Origin: Ignavibacteriales bacterium
GTDB lineage: Bacteria; Bacteroidota; Ignavibacteria; UBA10030; UBA6906
DNA length: 26,767 nt
Assembly: GCA_037441705.1 (NCBI GenBank)
Contig: JBBIRR010000049.1
Location: 1-26,767 of the forward strand
Direction: 5' to 3'
The number at the start of each line of letters is the position of its first letter. Within the stretch, counting starts at the first letter, position 1. Positions 25,170-26,767 of the stretch are shown here, piece after piece. A program made the position numbers and the translations under genes. Below the pieces are notes generated by a model. The model did not search any database, was not told the DNA's origin, and worked only from the letters and a program-made list of their open reading frames with translations.

Positions 25170-26630
25170 TCAAGCTTGCGAATCCAAGCTATCGAGATTC
25201 ATCAGCCCCTCAAAAGAAACATCTGCGTGCCAAACAATATCAGACCAGTTTCCAATTTGGTAACGTTTTGCACCTTCTGCGAAACGATTGATTAGGTCGG
25301 CCTTGTCCTTTACGTTGAGCAATTTGGCCAGTTCGACAAAATACGAATGCGAAGACGCTCGAATAAACAGCTCGAATGACTTGGAGTAGCCTGCATAGAT
25401 TAAGCTCGACGGATACCAAGGACGGCGATCCGTCTGATTTAGGAGACTGAACAACATCAGAAGAAAGTCGGCCTGCATAAACTGGTCAAATGATATTTCC
25501 TTAATAGTGGCCCGTTGGTGAAGCAGATCCGCCTTTACGCTAAGACGATTCAATTTGAGTCGATCGTTGCGATGTCTAAGTGTCGGCATAGGTGCGAATA
25601 GTGCTCTGAATCCTATGAGACCGTCTCGTCCAGACCTGATATTGTCAGGCATTAGGTACTGTTGCTCAGTGAATTGCTTTATCTCAGAAAATCTTTTGTA
25701 TTTGACAAGAACGGCAATGAGATAGATGAAGAGTTCATTGACGAAGAAGTCAAGATGATCGGCCCAAGCATCGTTCCACGTGCCTGCTCGTTCTTTGGGA
25801 CCTTTGAATTTGAGACACTGCTCGAAAAAGAGAAAAATGTGGTTGTAAACTTCTGGATCGTTCTTGTATTTCGCTTGGTAAACAAAGAATTCGATAACCT
25901 CATCCCGAAGCGGCAGCAAATCAGCGATTGAAGTGAAAATAAACTCATCCAACTCGATTCCATCAGGTGGCTTGGAGATTCGTAGTTCGTCAAGGTGTGA
26001 GATTACAGAATCAAGGTAGTCCAACGCCAAGCCTCGATAGGAAGGTTTATCGTTGCTCACAGCGCTCTTAAAGAGCTCCAGCTTAGCTGTCGTTGGAAGA
26101 GATAGCTTGGTTGCATCGGAGATGAACTTTGGTGGAGCACCTATTTTCGGTTTCTTGAAGAGCGGTTTGTCAAAGATGATGCGTAAGAGTTGCTCGTAGT
26201 TTTCGTGGTACTTCTCTGGCGAAGAAAAGTCTACGAATATACGACTGGCAAGAAAAACGGGAACGCAGGGTTTCCCCTCTGAGTCGAATTCAAGAACGAT
26301 CGGGATGAACTTTTCCTGTTTGACTTTGGCATATATCTCGGCGGAAATAATCTGGGATTCAGTACCGACTCCACCTTTGCGTTCGTCCGCCTTCTGTGCA
26401 TAGACAGCATCGGAAAAGATCAGAACTTTTGACACCGATGGGTCGGTCACCATCTGTTCCATAAAGGCATATTTGTCGTGGCCTTCCTTCAGTTCCCACT
26501 TATCAAGAACGACATCAACACCGTCTCCAACCAGCCGCTCAGCCCAGGCGACAATGCGATTGACGTGTTCTGGAGAAGTCCAGCTGTATGAGATGAATGC
26601 TCGTGGTGCTTGCTGGTTTTCGTTTGTCAT
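25170..26630 (-). CDS. SEFIR/TIR-domain protein (cassette), candidate anti-phage protein
   Basis: AFISYSW..PEH...LVGDGVDVVLDKWELKEGHD..AFME...YAQKADERKGGVGTESQII...KFIPIV; long helical C-terminus. Confidence 0.88.
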   Translation of the reverse strand: MTNENQQAPRAFISYSWTSPEHVNRIVAWAERLVGDGVDVVLDKWELKEGHDKYAFMEQMVTDPSVSKVLIFSDAVYAQKADERKGGVGTESQIISAEIYAKVKQEKFIPIVLEFDSEGKPCVPVFLASRIFVDFSSPEKYHENYEQLLRIIFDKPLFKKPKIGAPPKFISDATKLSLPTTAKLELFKSAVSNDKPSYRGLALDYLDSVISHLDELRISKPPDGIELDEFIFTSIADLLPLRDEVIEFFVYQAKYKNDPEVYNHIFLFFEQCLKFKGPKERAGTWNDAWADHLDFFVNELFIYLIAVLVKYKRFSEIKQFTEQQYLMPDNIRSGRDGLIGFRALFAPMPTLRHRNDRLKLNRLSVKADLLHQRATIKEISFDQFMQADFLLMLFSLLNQTDRRPWYPSSLIYAGYSKSFELFIRASSHSYFVELAKLLNVKDKADLINRFAEGAKRYQIGNWSDIVWHADVSFEGLMNLDSLDSQA

Positions 26631-26665
26631 ATGACTTCTGATTAATGATCAAGGGCGCAAATGGC

Positions 26666-26767
26666 AGCTAACTCCCGTAACTACGCAACGCCTATTGCGT
26701 CTATTATCCCAAAACGGCATGATAGACGCAATGCGTTTATTTCTCTCTTGGTGCTCTGCGGCAAGCT
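26666..26767 (-). other. Integron recombination site at the start of the first visible cassette (attI, or right half of a further attC)
   Basis: G/TTAGCT core at 26672-26666 is complementary to the AGCTAAC that ends the SEFIR cassette. The upstream sequence differs from the four attC sites and has an 11-bp inverted repeat (26694-26704 / 26722-26732). Confidence 0.6.

Larger units (their letters stand above)
20728..26767 (-). mobile_element. Integron gene-cassette array (5 cassettes; no integrase in the window)
   Basis: Five co-oriented single-ORF units separated by 131-155 bp imperfect palindromes bounded by TAAC...GTTA core sites; visibly more AT-rich than the flanking genes. Confidence 0.92.

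Overview
Bacterial genomic window, probably from an Ignavibacteria/Bacteroidota-type diderm (inferred from two YPNPFNP-type T9SS sorting domains). From left to right it has five parts. (1) A 3'-truncated archaeal-type GatE gene on the minus strand, missing from the ORF track. (2) A DUF1059-like plus DUF1624 gene pair. (3) A tightly packed ~13.5-kb operon: pgsB-pgsC-pgsW, a basic two-repeat secreted protein, an outer-membrane beta-barrel, an LVIVD lipoprotein and two paralogous T9SS-cargo gingipain-like (C25) proteins, both with Glu in place of the catalytic His, ending at an intrinsic terminator. (4) A Spy/CpxP-like gene and a KinB/AlgB-like sigma54 two-component pair. (5) An integron cassette array on the minus strand with 4 intact attC sites, a decayed last attC, a possible attI at the window edge and five cassettes (SEFIR, methyltransferase, DUF3800, NucS-like/DUF5655, HsdR-N-like). 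Best novelty candidates are the putative Gram-negative poly-gamma-glutamate export/anchoring operon, a promoter + three-way-junction ncRNA + DUF3800 module inside a cassette, and a duplicated promoter-hairpin leader in front of two operons. All family calls are from motif recognition by eye; no searches were run.
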